This document shows, one piece after another, positions 44,643 through 53,569 of a stretch of DNA of 64,000 bases. The translations under genes were made by a program, and so were the position numbers. The notes below the pieces were generated by a model. That model had not been told where the DNA came from and searched no databases. It saw nothing but the letters and a program-made list of their open reading frames with translations. Source of the stretch: a virus (Duplodnaviria; Caudoviricetes); IMG/VR virus record IMGVR_UViG_2595698339_000001, positions 13,368 to 77,367 of that record; one strand, written 5' to 3'. Within the stretch, counting starts at the first letter, position 1; each line of letters starts with the position of its first letter.

Positions 44643-45091
44643 ACCGCGAGGCGGTCCAGGCGCTGCGCGACAAGCTGGTGGCCGAGCGCGACAGTCACGC
44701 CCAGGAGACCTGGGCCAGCATCAAGCTCGATGCGGAGACCGCGCGTCTCCTGTCTGAGCGTTACAACAACGAATCGGTTCAACCCCTCAAGGTGTCCTGC
44801 GCCACGGCCGCCTGCGCCGCGGGCCACACCTGCCTGATGGCGGGGGACGTGTTCCTCATTGATCCGATGGGCGAATTCGACCCGGGCGAGATCGTTGAGG
44901 TGGACAGCGTGGAGACCCCCGATGGTGTCACGCGCACCGTCGAGGCGCGCGCCCAGGAGTTGCTGGGCCTCACCCGGGCAGAGACCAACAACCTCTTCGA
45001 CCCGCACCACTCCCACGAGGAGACCATTCAGCTCCTTGACCAACTCCTCGCCGGGGAGGACATCTCCCTCGACTGGTGCAGCTGGAGGTAA
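44639..45091 (+). CDS. hypothetical protein
   Basis: GTGA overlap; H.Q..W...CATAACAAGH...A.ELLGL...LF motif. Confidence 0.7.
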   Translation: MNREAVQALRDKLVAERDSHAQETWASIKLDAETARLLSERYNNESVQPLKVSCATAACAAGHTCLMAGDVFLIDPMGEFDPGEIVEVDSVETPDGVTRTVEARAQELLGLTRAETNNLFDPHHSHEETIQLLDQLLAGEDISLDWCSWR

Positions 45092-45094
45092 GCA

Positions 45095-45217
45095 ATGAAC
45101 AAGCGGATGATCCAAGACCTCCGCGACAAACTCATCCACCTCCTCGACCAGCTTCTCGCTGACGAGGACATCGAGGACTACTGCTCCGAAAACTGCTACG
45201 ACAGGGACGACGACTGA
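45095..45217 (+). CDS. 40-aa internally deleted paralog of the upstream gene
   Basis: GGAGGT RBS; MNKRMIQDLRDKLIHLLDQLLADEDIEDYCS... Confidence 0.55.
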   Translation: MNKRMIQDLRDKLIHLLDQLLADEDIEDYCSENCYDRDDD

Positions 45218-45218
45218 C

Positions 45219-45554
45219 ATGCCATCTATCGAAGAAATCAACCAGGCCGCCCGGGTGCTCGAAGACCTCGTGGAGGAGGGCGCCCACCGCGAACTTGACC
45301 ACGACACCCACTTCATGGCCACCGTGGCGAACCTGCGAACCCTTGCCTATCAGCGCACCCCCCAGACGCTGAAGGTCTACCGCCGTGACGGCAGGAACGG
45401 CTACACCATCTACGCCGAGAAGCGGGACGGCACCTACGTCGCCACCTATGTCACGGACGGCCTCCCCGGCGGCTCGTCCAGCTTCCAGAACATCAGCCCC
45501 TCAACAGTCGAGGCGCACCTCAAGCTCGGCAAGCTGGAACTCCTCTACGGTTGA
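45219..45554 (+). CDS. hypothetical protein
   Basis: 111 aa ORF within the operon. Confidence 0.65.
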   Translation: MPSIEEINQAARVLEDLVEEGAHRELDHDTHFMATVANLRTLAYQRTPQTLKVYRRDGRNGYTIYAEKRDGTYVATYVTDGLPGGSSSFQNISPSTVEAHLKLGKLELLYG

Positions 45555-46093
45555 TCGAATACCGTTGCCGTTCCGGGGACTCCTGCGTGGCCAGGACCCC
45601 GGACGGCGGAGCCCTAGTCACTGGCCCCACCCTCTGCTCCCGATGCGCTGACGACATCCAGAAATGCCTGGAACAGCTACCCCACCTCATCACCGCCCTC
45701 CAAACCATGAAGGGCACCTGGGGAGGCGTCAGCTACGAAGCCCGGGTGCAATCCTCCAAGGAACCCCCCACCCCTCTGCACCTCCACGTCGTTGACCTTA
45801 TCGACCGGATAAACCAGTCCATCGACGCGACAGAGGACTACCGCATAGTCGACCTGATCACTCAGGCGGATGGCGTCACCAGGGCGCTCGACATCCGGCA
45901 CGTCCACAAGCGGGCGTCCGAAGCGGTGGGCTTCCAGCCAACATGGCAGCGCCGCCACGCCCCCTGCTGGGAGTGCGGCCTGCCAACACTCGGAACCTGG
46001 GTCGGCAGCGATGTCATCCAGTGCTCCAACGAAGAGTGCCTCGCCCAGTGCTCGCTGGACGAATACACACAACACTGCATGAGGAACAGATGA
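45551..46093 (+). CDS. Zn-binding hypothetical protein
   Basis: C..G..C, LCSRC, CWEC, C..EC motifs. Confidence 0.7.
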   Translation: MIEYRCRSGDSCVARTPDGGALVTGPTLCSRCADDIQKCLEQLPHLITALQTMKGTWGGVSYEARVQSSKEPPTPLHLHVVDLIDRINQSIDATEDYRIVDLITQADGVTRALDIRHVHKRASEAVGFQPTWQRRHAPCWECGLPTLGTWVGSDVIQCSNEECLAQCSLDEYTQHCMRNR

Positions 46094-47571
46094 CAGAACA
46101 TCCTGTCTTGATCCACCTCGGCGACTGCCGGGACATCCTCGCCGAACTTGAAGACGCCAGCGTCGACTCCATCGTCACCGACCCGCCCTACGAACTGGGA
46201 TTCATGGGCAAGAAGTGGGACGGCTCGGGCATCGCTTTCGATGTCGAGATGTGGGAGCAATGTCTGCGGGTCCTCAAGCCGGGTGGGCACCTGCTCGCCT
46301 TCGGCGGCTCCCGCACCTGGCACCGGCTCGCCTGCGCGGTCGAGGACGCGGGCTTCGAGATCCGTGACTCCATCGCCTGGCTCTACGGGTCCGGGTTCCC
46401 GAAGTCGCTCGACGTGTCCAAGGCCATCGACAAGCAGCGAGATGACGGCGCAGATCGGCAGGCAGTCGGCGCATGGCTGCGGTCACACCGCGAGGACCGA
46501 GGCTTAACCCAAAAGGCGATCGCGACGCATTGGCCCTCCGCTACAGGCGGACTCACCGGTTGCGTGGCGAACTGGGAACTCGGGTTAAACCTCCCGACAT
46601 GGGATCAGTGGTTGCGCCTGAAAGAGCTGCTGTCGCTGCCCGACGACATGGACGGCGAAGTCTGGCGGCTCAACGGGCGCAAGGGGACACCCGGCGAAGC
46701 ATGGAGGACAGCCGAGGTGCTCAGCACAGAGGACCGGATGAACGAGCCGTCTGGAGTGGTAAACGTCGGGCAAGGAGTTCGGACTCCTGTCACCCGCCTC
46801 ATCAAGGCCGCAAATTCCGAGGCGGCACGCCAGTGGCAGGGATGGGGCACAGCTCTCAAGCCCGCGTTCGAGCCCATCGTGGTCGCACGTAAGCCTCTCG
46901 TGGGCACGGTGGCGGCGAATGTGCTGGAGTACGGCACGGGGGCGTTGAACATCGACGCCTGCCGCATCCCCGCCTCCGACAAGGCCAAATTCCCTACGGG
47001 CTACAGCAAGGCTACAGGGGACGCCTTTGCCCAGGACGCATACAGCAAGTCTTGGACTTGCGGTGAGGACAAGAACCCTGGCGGCCGATGGCCTACGAAC
47101 GTTGTTCTCGATGACACGCAGGCTGCCGAACTCGACGCGCAGACCGGCATTCAAAAGTCCGGGACGGCGGTTCAGCGCAATGGCGGTGGGCAGAAAATCT
47201 TCGGCGGCATCGCGGGCGGGGAGAACAGTGCGGGTGCCCGACCTGACGCCGGGTACAACGACGAGGGCGGCGCGTCACGCTTCTTCCCAGTGTTCAAGTA
47301 CCAGGCCAAAGCTCCCACCAAGGAGCGTCCCAGCTACGTCAACGAAGACGGCAACAAGGTCGTGCACAGCACCGTCAAGCCACTCGCCCTCATGCGGTGG
47401 CTGGTCAAGCTAGTCACCCCACCCGGGGGTGTAGTGCTGGACCCCTTCGCGGGCAGCGGAACCACAGTGGAGGCGTGCCTCTTGGAGAAGTTCCGGTGCA
47501 TCGCCATCGAAAACGAACCCGACTACATCCCACTCATCGAGCAGAGGCTGGAGCGATCCACAAGTGAGTAA
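46090..47571 (+). CDS. N4/N6 DNA methyltransferase (beta class) with inserted Xre HTH
   Basis: TDPPY precedes HSTVKP and [10 protein letters not shown]; start re-set to ATG 46090. Confidence 0.92.
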   Translation: MTEHPVLIHLGDCRDILAELEDASVDSIVTDPPYELGFMGKKWDGSGIAFDVEMWEQCLRVLKPGGHLLAFGGSRTWHRLACAVEDAGFEIRDSIAWLYGSGFPKSLDVSKAIDKQRDDGADRQAVGAWLRSHREDRGLTQKAIATHWPSATGGLTGCVANWELGLNLPTWDQWLRLKELLSLPDDMDGEVWRLNGRKGTPGEAWRTAEVLSTEDRMNEPSGVVNVGQGVRTPVTRLIKAANSEAARQWQGWGTALKPAFEPIVVARKPLVGTVAANVLEYGTGALNIDACRIPASDKAKFPTGYSKATGDAFAQDAYSKSWTCGEDKNPGGRWPTNVVLDDTQAAELDAQTGIQKSGTAVQRNGGGQKIFGGIAGGENSAGARPDAGYNDEGGASRFFPVFKYQAKAPTKERPSYVNEDGNKVVHSTVKPLALMRWLVKLVTPPGGVVLDPFAGSGTTVEACLLEKFRCIAIENEPDYIPLIEQRLERSTSE

Positions 47572-48004
47572 AGACCTACAGGTACATCTCGTCGGCACCC
47601 TGACCGCCGACCCCGAGCTGCGGTTCACCCAAGGTGGGCAGGCCGTCGCCAACTTCACCGTCGTGTCCAACGAACGCCGCCGCGACGCCCAGGGCAACTG
47701 GGTCGACGGCGACGCCACATTCCTCCGCTGCACCATCTGGCGCGACGCCGCCGAGAACGTAGCGGAAAGCCTCCAGAAAGGCCAGCGCGTCATCGTGCAT
47801 GGCTACCTCAAGCAGCGCTCCTTCGAGACCAAGGAAGGCGACAAGCGCACCGTCATCGAGGTGGAGGTAGACGAGATCGGCCCGTCGCTGCGGTGGGCAA
47901 CAGCTCGCGTGTCCAAGGTCGGCGGCAACAGCAACGGGGGCGGCAGCTCCTCGTTCAAGGAAGCCGACGCCAACAAGTGGGGCGATGACGAGCCGCCCTT
48001 CTGA
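47564..48004 (+). CDS. ssb: single-stranded DNA-binding protein
   Basis: [35 protein letters not shown]-terminal DDEPPF. Confidence 0.95.
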   Translation: MSKDLQVHLVGTLTADPELRFTQGGQAVANFTVVSNERRRDAQGNWVDGDATFLRCTIWRDAAENVAESLQKGQRVIVHGYLKQRSFETKEGDKRTVIEVEVDEIGPSLRWATARVSKVGGNSNGGGSSSFKEADANKWGDDEPPF

Positions 48005-48119
48005 CCCCCAGGAAAACCGCCCTTTTCTGAGCCAGATTTTGCTTCCCCTCCGAAAACTTTTCCGCGGGGGGAAACCCAGTTTTGAGCAAATCATGGCCCC
48101 CTCCGAACAAGGAAGCACA

Positions 48120-48899
48120 TTGACTGCACCCACTCCCATGAGCCCCGCCCTGGAAGAGGCGACCATCGCCAAGCTGCGCGCAGAAGCCGCCGCCGCGGAG
48201 GCCGCCGCCGAGGTCTCCAAGATGGAAACCCGCCTGAAGCTGGAGTCCGTCCGCAAGGAGGCCGCCCTCGCGCGCCACCAGACCGCGGCCGCCATCGGCC
48301 AGGAGCTCTACGTCGCCAACCAGGAGCGCACCCAGAAGCTGGAGCTCCTGCGCAACCACTACGTCCACGAGTACCACTTCGTTGACGGCGTGAACGACTA
48401 CTCGGTGGAGGCGTGCCTCAACCAGTTGGCGCTGTGGCACCGCGAGGACCCGAACTGCGACATGCACATCGTCATGAACTCGCCGGGCGGCAGCGTCATC
48501 GCGGGCATGCACCTGTTCGACCAGATCGCGGCCTACTCGACGCGGCCGTGGGACACCTCTGACCGTCCCAAGGGCACGCACAAGACCACGATGACTGTGC
48601 GCGGCATGGCGGCCTCCATGGGCGGCATCCTGCTGCAGTCGGTGGACGAGCGCATCATCGGCCCCGAGGCGTACCTGATGATCCACGAGATTTCGGCGGG
48701 CACGGGCGGCAAGATCGGCGAGATTGAGGACATGGTGGGCTGGTACCGCCACCTGTGCGCGCGCATCGCCAAGGTCTTCGTCCACCGCGCCGGGGGCAAG
48801 ATCACCGCCGAGGAGTTCGACGCGGGATGGAAGCGCACCGACTGGTGGTTGGACTCCGACGAGGCCCTGCGTTACGGCTTTGTGGATCGGATCGCCTGA
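48120..48899 (+). CDS. ClpP-like protease
   Basis: MNSPGGSV, GMAASMG, MIHE, WLD..EAL.YGFVD; start TTG 48120 after AAGGAAG. Confidence 0.9.
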   Translation: MTAPTPMSPALEEATIAKLRAEAAAAEAAAEVSKMETRLKLESVRKEAALARHQTAAAIGQELYVANQERTQKLELLRNHYVHEYHFVDGVNDYSVEACLNQLALWHREDPNCDMHIVMNSPGGSVIAGMHLFDQIAAYSTRPWDTSDRPKGTHKTTMTVRGMAASMGGILLQSVDERIIGPEAYLMIHEISAGTGGKIGEIEDMVGWYRHLCARIAKVFVHRAGGKITAEEFDAGWKRTDWWLDSDEALRYGFVDRIA

Positions 48900-48900
48900 A

Positions 48901-49098
48901 GTGCATCACGACTTCAAGCACCACGCGCCAAAGGACGACGCGACTGTGGCCGCCCATGAACTCGTGCGGCGCGACATCGACGCGCTGTGGGCCAACCTCG
49001 ACGTAGTGCTGCCCGCTGGACGCGAGAAGGCCGTCGTCAAGACGAAGCTGGAAGAGGCCATGTTCTGGGCCAACGCCGCGATTGCGAGGTCTCAGTGA
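48901..49098 (+). CDS. Acb2/Tad1-like helical hairpin protein (putative)
   Basis: F.HH.P...LP.GREKA...TKLEEAMFWANAAIAR. Confidence 0.6.
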   Translation: MHHDFKHHAPKDDATVAAHELVRRDIDALWANLDVVLPAGREKAVVKTKLEEAMFWANAAIARSQ

Positions 49099-49451
49099 GC
49101 GAGCCCATTCCCGGCGACATTCGGGTACTGGCATGGCTGGGCGCCGACACCGCCCTCTCCGCCGCCCAGGAAACCCGAATGGCCGAGGGGCACGACCCCA
49201 CGGTGGTCTACGAACTCCTGATCATGGCCCAGGCCATGGGCACCCTGGCAGCCGCCTCCGACACCGTCTACCTCGGTGTCATCCAGGAGATGGAACGCCG
49301 GGAGCGCGCCGAGGCGGAGAAGCAGGAGATGGTCCAGAGACTGATCAGCGAGAAGCTGAACCGACCCAAGGAGAGCACACAGGATGAATCTGCACCTACT
49401 GCTGACGATGCGTCGTCGGCGCCGGATGAGGCGGACGGGGTGGGGGCGTAG
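49095..49451 (+). CDS. hypothetical protein
   Basis: GTGA overlap, GAGG RBS. Confidence 0.6.
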   Translation: MSEPIPGDIRVLAWLGADTALSAAQETRMAEGHDPTVVYELLIMAQAMGTLAAASDTVYLGVIQEMERRERAEAEKQEMVQRLISEKLNRPKESTQDESAPTADDASSAPDEADGVGA

Positions 49452-49742
49452 ATGACCTCCAAAGCATCCCTCCGCAATCAGGTCGACAGGCTGACCGCCG
49501 AGTTGGCTATCGCCAACGCCAAGGTGAACCGCCTGACTGACGATGTCGCGCACCACAAGGGACGCACCGAGCGCGCCGAGAAGGACCGCGACCGCTACAA
49601 GAGCGGCCTGGAAGAGCTCCGCGCCAAGATTGGGAGCATCTTGACGCCCAAGGCTGTGGGCGACTACATCTCCTTCCTCGGAGGCGGCGGCGGCGGCGCG
49701 AGCAGCTTTCCGTCCATCATCCTTGGAGCTTCTGCGCTGTGA
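49452..49742 (+). CDS. coiled-coil protein
   Basis: Heptad-rich N-terminus. Confidence 0.6.
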   Translation: MTSKASLRNQVDRLTAELAIANAKVNRLTDDVAHHKGRTERAEKDRDRYKSGLEELRAKIGSILTPKAVGDYISFLGGGGGGASSFPSIILGASAL

Positions 49743-50058
49743 GCCATTGAGCGGCTGGCATTCCAGGTACCGCAGGATCATCGACATCTACCGATCCAAC
49801 CTTCAGCTCGAGAACGCTGAGCTGTGCCGGATCGTGGACTATCAGATGGAAGAGATCGGGGAGGGGTGGGTCTGCGACGACTCGCCCCTTCCCCCGCTCG
49901 ACACCCTGATGTCCGCGGCGGAGATCGGGAAGAGGTTCGGCTTCGCCCGGTGGGACGTTACGAACTGGGTAAAGTCGGGGAAGATCAAGCGGCACGAGAC
50001 GGAAGAAGGGCCGCGGTATCGCCTCGGTGATGTCGTCGCCTACTTCTCGTCTCGATGA
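49723..50058 (+). CDS. MerR/excisionase-like HTH protein
   Basis: MSAAEIGKRFG....VTNWVKSGKI......PRYRLGDV; start uncertain. Confidence 0.7.
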   Translation: MELLRCEPLSGWHSRYRRIIDIYRSNLQLENAELCRIVDYQMEEIGEGWVCDDSPLPPLDTLMSAAEIGKRFGFARWDVTNWVKSGKIKRHETEEGPRYRLGDVVAYFSSR

Positions 50059-50110
50059 AAAATCCGCCCAAATTCGCGTGTGATAACATCAAAGGTGCAG
50101 CGATACCCCC

Positions 50111-50401
50111 ATGCCAAAAACAGAAGAATGGCTCGACTGCGGTCCTGAATTCCCTGGCCACCAGGCTTCCAGCCTCGGCCGGATCAAGAACCCAAAGGGG
50201 AAGATACTTACTCCCCGCCCACACAATGGGGCACTTCGAGTGGACATCGGCAAGCGCGCGGTAATGGTTCACGACGTCATTCTCAAGACGTTCTCGGGCA
50301 ATCCCCCGAACCTCAATTACCGAGTGAAGCACCTCAACGAGGACCGCACCGACAACCGCGAGGAGAACCTGATGTGGGCTCAGCGGAAAGCGTCGAAATG
50401 A
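50111..50401 (+). CDS. NUMOD4/HNH endonuclease-like protein (short)
   Basis: EEW...FPGHQASSLGRIK...VH..ILKTF...KHLNEDRTDN...NL.W. Confidence 0.75.
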   Translation: MPKTEEWLDCGPEFPGHQASSLGRIKNPKGKILTPRPHNGALRVDIGKRAVMVHDVILKTFSGNPPNLNYRVKHLNEDRTDNREENLMWAQRKASK

Positions 50402-50502
50402 CCACCTGCAAGTGGTGCGCCGCGGACTCGTCATGGTCGCACAATTGCATAAGGGCGCTACGGCGCCCTCGGTACGCCACCACCGACTGAACGGGGCTCA
50501 CA

Positions 50503-50582
50503 TGGCCCGTAGCTCAGTCAGGTAGAGCAGCCTTGCCCCTTGCGGGCTTGGTTCGTCCCCGGTTCAAATCCGGGCGGGCCTT
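50503..50582 (+). tRNA. atypical tRNA-like RNA (identity unclear)
   Basis: GGCCCG/CGGGCC acceptor, TA-GCTC-AGTCAGGTA-GAGC D arm, CCCGG-TTCAAAT-CCGGG T arm; anticodon arm about 8 nt too long. Confidence 0.7.
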
Positions 50583-50587
50583 GCCTC

Positions 50588-50659
50588 GCGCCCGTGGTCG
50601 AATTGGAAAGACTCCTGGCTTCCACCCAGGTTATGCAGGTTCGAGTCCTGTCGGGCGCT
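50588..50659 (+). tRNA. tRNA-Gly(TCC)
   Basis: GCGCCCG/CGGGCGC acceptor, CCTGG-CT TCC AC-CCAGG anticodon arm, TTCGAGT T loop, U73; CCA not encoded. Confidence 0.92.
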
Positions 50660-50854
50660 CGATATCCCCAGTGGTCCCGGGTATAGGGGATTGGAATTCC
50701 GAGCTCGCTACTCGGTGACCCCGGTTGACACAAAACTTGGACGCTCCCCTGACAGCCTCAGTCCCCTCTGAGTGAAACAGGGTTGAGCGTCCCAACGGTG
50801 AAGCCTAGCGCGCACTCTGCTTCACCGCTTGCTTCCTATCGAGGGGATATTCCA

Positions 50855-51079
50855 ATGGAAAACTGCAATGCCTGTGGCGCACAACGCTTTCCGTGGCTGG
50901 GTAGTCCGCACTACAAGTGCCACGCCAACTTCGTCCGCATGGTCTGGGGCGAGGATGGCCGCTGGCATGAAATCCCCGAACCGCACACCGCCGAGGAATT
51001 CGAGCTCCAGTACCTCAAGGATGGCTACGACAACCACGAATTCCCCGACTTCCATCCACGGAAGCTGGCGAAGAAGTGA
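50855..51079 (+). CDS. hypothetical protein
   Basis: GAGGGG RBS; CNAC..H.KC. Confidence 0.55.
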   Translation: MENCNACGAQRFPWLGSPHYKCHANFVRMVWGEDGRWHEIPEPHTAEEFELQYLKDGYDNHEFPDFHPRKLAKK

Positions 51080-51339
51080 GGCCCGCGGACAAGGCGTGGG
51101 CGACAATGGCCACCGGCATCGTCCTGTACGAGGCATTCGCCAAGGATGACGAGCTCCTCTCCGAGGGCTGGGACCGATACATGAAGTCCCACCCCGTAAT
51201 TGCGTTCGCCGGTCCATTCCTGGTCGCCGGTCACCTGACGAACACCCTGCCCCCATGGGCAGACCCGATCCACCAGTCCTTCCTGCTTCTCGGTCATGTG
51301 GCCAAGAAGCTCTCCACCTTCATCCATCGCCACTCTTAG
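51076..51339 (+). CDS. small membrane-associated protein
   Basis: AW....GIV.YE....ELLSE..DRY...HP...HL.N.LP..DP motif. Confidence 0.65.
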   Translation: MRPADKAWATMATGIVLYEAFAKDDELLSEGWDRYMKSHPVIAFAGPFLVAGHLTNTLPPWADPIHQSFLLLGHVAKKLSTFIHRHS

Positions 51340-51349
51340 GGGAACAAAG

Positions 51350-51724
51350 ATGGCAACACTCATCGACTACACCCAGATCGCCATACCGGACGATCCCGCC
51401 AAGTTGGGCCTGACATACATCGCAGGCCCCATGACGCTGGTGGGTCCGCCCACCTGGAACTACCCAGCCTTTGATGACATGGCGAATCGCCTTCGGGCGG
51501 TGGGCATTCCGGTCGTCTCGCCCCACGAGCTGCATCCCGCCTCCGAGGGCACCCCGTGGGACTGGTACCTGCGCCGCGACCTCACCCAGCTGGTGAAGTG
51601 CTCGCGCATCGTGATGCTGAAGGACTGGCACCTGTCCCGCGGCGCCCGCCTGGAGCATGAGGTGGCTATGAGCCTGGAGATGGACGTCTACTACCCGCAC
51701 GACTACGCGAGCCTGGGCATCTGA
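51350..51724 (+). CDS. nucleoside 2-deoxyribosyltransferase-like (DUF4406-type) protein
   Basis: YIAGPM..N.PAF...SP..L...W..Y.R.DL..L..C..I.ML..W..S.GARLE. Confidence 0.8.
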   Translation: MATLIDYTQIAIPDDPAKLGLTYIAGPMTLVGPPTWNYPAFDDMANRLRAVGIPVVSPHELHPASEGTPWDWYLRRDLTQLVKCSRIVMLKDWHLSRGARLEHEVAMSLEMDVYYPHDYASLGI

Positions 51725-52041
51725 TGGCTGTTGCCCTCGACGCCGCCCACCTGGAGCGCCAGCGCGAATTCAGCCTCCGCACCTTCGGCCCCGGAACCCG
51801 CCTCAACGGTGTCCTGGATCACATCGCCAAGGAGCTCGAAGAGGTTCGCCAAGCGCCCGACGATGTCACCGAGTGGGCGGACATCCTCATCCTCGCCTTC
51901 GATGGCGCCCTGCGCTCCGGCCATGAGCCGCAAGCCATCATCGACGCCGTCAAGGCGAAGCAGGCCAAAAACGAAGCGCGCCAATGGCCCGACTGGCGCA
52001 CCCAAGACCCGAACAAGGCGATTGAGCACATTGAGCGCTAA
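51724..52041 (+). CDS. DUF550 / MazG-like dATP-dGTP pyrophosphohydrolase
   Basis: FS.RTFGPG....GVLDHI.KEL.E...EWADI.ILA.DG..R...K..KN..R.WPDWR. Confidence 0.85.
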   Translation: MAVALDAAHLERQREFSLRTFGPGTRLNGVLDHIAKELEEVRQAPDDVTEWADILILAFDGALRSGHEPQAIIDAVKAKQAKNEARQWPDWRTQDPNKAIEHIER

Positions 52042-52624
52042 CGAAGTTATCCACACCTCCGAGACCGGCGCCCGCAAGGCGGGGAACCTGGAGCGCTACG
52101 ACCTCCTGCCGGTGACCGCATTGCAGGACCTGGCGTACGTCTACGGCTCCTACAGGCTTCTTCCGAAGCCGTCGTTCAACGTCCTGAACGAGCATCTCCT
52201 GCAGTTCTGGGACGGTGTCACCTTCGATGACGCTGGCATCCCGCACATGGCCTACGTCGCCTTCCACGCCCTGGAGCTCGTCAACCAGATTGAAGGCTTC
52301 GGCGAGCAGCTGGACGAGGACGCCACCGCGCTCCGCCACTACGACCGCATCCCGGCCAAGGCGCTCCGCCTGCTGGCCGAGCATTACGGCAAGGGCTCGC
52401 TGAAGTACGACGACAACAACTGGCGCAAGGGCTACGACTGGGGACTTTCGTACGCCGCGCTCAATCGACACCTCTGGTCCCATTGGGCCGGGGAGACATT
52501 CGACCCAGAGACCGGTAGCTATCACCTGATCGCTGTCGCCTGGCACGCATTCGCACTGCTCACCTTCACGGACGAGCACCCCGAATTCGACTCTCGCTGG
52601 TCGTCTTCGAGCAAGACACCCTAA
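52031..52624 (+). CDS. DUF5664-type dATP/dGTP diphosphohydrolase with duplicated domain
   Basis: RYDLLP..AL and HYDRIP..AL...G..KY..NNWRKG..RHL..W.GE..DPETG..HL; start TTG 52031. Confidence 0.8.
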   Translation: MSANEVIHTSETGARKAGNLERYDLLPVTALQDLAYVYGSYRLLPKPSFNVLNEHLLQFWDGVTFDDAGIPHMAYVAFHALELVNQIEGFGEQLDEDATALRHYDRIPAKALRLLAEHYGKGSLKYDDNNWRKGYDWGLSYAALNRHLWSHWAGETFDPETGSYHLIAVAWHAFALLTFTDEHPEFDSRWSSSSKTP

Positions 52625-52634
52625 AGGGGGAGCC

Positions 52635-53420
52635 ATGACGGCCAAGATCCTAACTATCGACATCGAGACGCAGCGCGCGGTGGTTGAAACCTTCAGCCTC
52701 TTCCGGCCTTTCATTCACATCGACCGCGTCCTGATCCCGACTCGCGTTCTCTGCTTCGCCGCCAAGTGGCGTGGCGAGGACAAGGTGATCTTCAAGCACG
52801 CCTGGGACGACAACGACCAGGATGCCTACCTGAAGATGATGAAGGCCGCTCATGACCTCCTCAGTGAGGCCGACATCGTCATCACCTGGAACGGTGACCG
52901 CTTCGACATCCAGTGGTTTGAGGCAGAGTTCGTCCGCCTCGGCCTCGGCCGCCCCACCCCGTACAAGTCGGTCGACTTGATCAAGACGGTGAAGAAGTGG
53001 TTCAAGGCCGGTCTGATGTCCATGAAGCTGGACTGGTCCTCGCGCATGATCCTCGGTGATCGCAAGGTGCCCCACGGCGCCACGGACCTCTGGCATGACA
53101 TCCGCTACGGCACGAAGGCTGAGAAGGCCGCCGCGCAGAAGCTGATGAAGGAGTACAACATCCACGATGTTGAACTCACCGAGCGCCTCTTCGAGAAGCA
53201 CCTGCCATACCTGAACATCAACCTCGCCCTCTACGCGCGCAATGAGGACGGCCTGCTGCACTGCACGAAGTGCAACGGCACCGACCTGAAGCGCGATGGC
53301 AAGAAGTATCACGCCACCACCGCGGGCATGTACCAGATGTGGCGCTGTAAGGACCCGAGCTGCAATGCGACGTCGCGCGGCAAGCGCATGAAGCACACCA
53401 CGGAACTGAGGCCCGTGTGA
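52635..53420 (+). CDS. DnaQ/YprB-like 3'-5' exonuclease with C-terminal Zn ribbon
   Basis: IDIET, WNGDRFD, YN..DV (DEDDy) plus CTKC..C..C. Confidence 0.85.
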   Translation: MTAKILTIDIETQRAVVETFSLFRPFIHIDRVLIPTRVLCFAAKWRGEDKVIFKHAWDDNDQDAYLKMMKAAHDLLSEADIVITWNGDRFDIQWFEAEFVRLGLGRPTPYKSVDLIKTVKKWFKAGLMSMKLDWSSRMILGDRKVPHGATDLWHDIRYGTKAEKAAAQKLMKEYNIHDVELTERLFEKHLPYLNINLALYARNEDGLLHCTKCNGTDLKRDGKKYHATTAGMYQMWRCKDPSCNATSRGKRMKHTTELRPV

Positions 53421-53569
53421 TCAACCCGGAGGGCTTTACCCGCTACGGCGGGGATTGTATCTGCGGCCCGATCTACACCTACAACGGCATCCCCGAGCCG
53501 GGGCAGTTCGATCCGTTCTGCCCTGACCATGGCGACCCTGAGTATGTGGCCAGCCTGGAGCTGACATGA
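53417..53569 (+). CDS. small hypothetical protein
   Basis: CIC...DPFCPDHG; 4-bp overlaps on both sides. Confidence 0.55.
   Translation: MINPEGFTRYGGDCICGPIYTYNGIPEPGQFDPFCPDHGDPEYVASLELT

Noticed and set aside
50664-50725. Third tRNA
   Set aside because: No closing acceptor stem and no TTC T-loop
51350-52624. Z-genome (2-aminoadenine) pathway
   Set aside because: No PurZ or dedicated polymerase is visible in the window; kept only as a nucleotide-pool cluster
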